A stretch of DNA of 64,000 bases from the NCBI GenBank assembly GCA_977017575.1, contig CDRNVI010000002.1, positions 310,001 through 374,000 on the forward strand, read 5' to 3'. The position numbers and the translations under genes are program-made. The DNA comes from Paramoeba atlantica. Taxonomy: Eukaryota; Protista; Discosea. This document shows positions 63,195-64,000 of the stretch, piece by piece. Numbering within the stretch: the stretch's first letter is position 1; each line of letters opens with the position of its first letter. The notes under the pieces are model-generated. The model saw only the letters and a program-made list of their open reading frames with translations, had not been told where the DNA came from and made no database searches.

Positions 63195-64000
63195 CTGTGA
63201 CCCCCCACTTTAATATGCTCCCCCTTCCCTCCCCCCCTTAATATGCATAAATTTTGGTGAAAGGGGACTTTTTTTCCTCCTAAAAAAAATTGATTTTTTT
63301 TCACGGTGGTAGCGCAGACAAAATTTCTGTACTTTCCAAGCGAGTGATTAAGCATCATATTTTTGCTACTTACACGACTCCGCTCTATCATTTTTCTTTG
63401 CACAGACTGTAAAATGTATGTCCTATCACTTTTTGTAGTTGGGAACCTTGGATGGCGTGATAATAGAAGCATGTACCGTACGATGTGAATTAAGGAGTTC
63501 TTGTGCCGGTGACAATTACAAAGAAAAGTCCTCTGTAAGTAGGGGGGGACACATTAAATATTCTCGAAAGGGGTTGGGAAGTAGGCCTCGATGACAAGGA
63601 TGCATAGAAGTAGCCGCCATCGGTTGTGTGCCGTAGTCGATTGAATCTAAACGCGGCGTCCCTGTCTCGGAACGGTCTTCTGTCTCTAAGGAAAGAGCAC
63701 TACGGGGCTTCTGAGACGATGTCCTCACTTCGACGTCTACGATTCCCTGATTCCCATCCGTAGGTGGGATTCGCTTAGGTGGAACAGGACTGGTCGATGG
63801 GCATCTCTATTGCTTCCAACGGAGTTTTTGCTTCAAATTATTCTTGGAGAGTTGCCGGTTGATTTCTGCATCCCACTTTTTCAGTTGAGTTTTAGAATGC
63901 ACTGTGTATAATTCACCAAAGGTTTCTCTCATTCATTGTTGTATTGTTGCCATAGCTTTGTGGTGCGTTTGAGACATAGTTCGCCATTTCGAAACAGCCT
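63195..64000 (-). mobile_element. Second, inverted, internally rearranged copy of the CTGTGACC element (runs off the window)
   Basis: 63195-63330 is the reverse complement of 60240-60374; 63850-64000 matches 58968-59115 in reverse complement. Confidence 0.85.

Noticed and set aside
63324-63335. TTTCTGTACTTT resembling the spliced-leader core
   Set aside because: No AACTAA start or GT donor context; it lies in a transposon end whose homologous copy at ~60240 lacks it.
1-64000. TnpB/Fanzor or other RNA-guided nuclease, rRNA and tRNA genes
   Set aside because: No RuvC-split motif with zinc finger in any listed ORF, including those inside the Tc1-like elements; no RNA gene signatures recognised.

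Overview
Eukaryotic nuclear DNA, most likely from a kinetoplastid of the Perkinsela/prokinetoplastid type (inference, not a database result). About 17 intron-less housekeeping genes all lie on the minus strand, as in a polycistronic transcription unit, and several have polypyrimidine tracts upstream. They include a DnaJ protein, proteasome beta1, RPS11, a PPR-like protein, MCM3, a coiled-coil/GGQ release-factor-like protein, LRR proteins, ADAT1-like deaminase, AP-2 alpha, CDP-DAG synthase, a CLC transporter and a GPDH ending in a PTS1-like -SQL. The gene blocks are separated by dense transposon graveyards. These contain two TIR-complete IS630-Tc1-mariner elements with an unusual DD32E spacing, a canonical DD34E remnant, Merlin/ISXO2 fragments, an IS5/Harbinger-like fragment, a CxxH (hAT-like) transposase remnant between TA-flanked TIRs, and many MITEs and fold-back hairpins. 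A 7.1-kb nested composite (50587-57720) carries a CRE/SLACS-like non-LTR element that has lost the RT core but keeps ORF1 and the restriction-like endonuclease open. Six GC-rich genes show a C-rich-then-G-rich polarity on the coding strand. No rRNA, tRNA, spliced-leader gene, CRISPR array or TnpB/Fanzor ORF could be supported.
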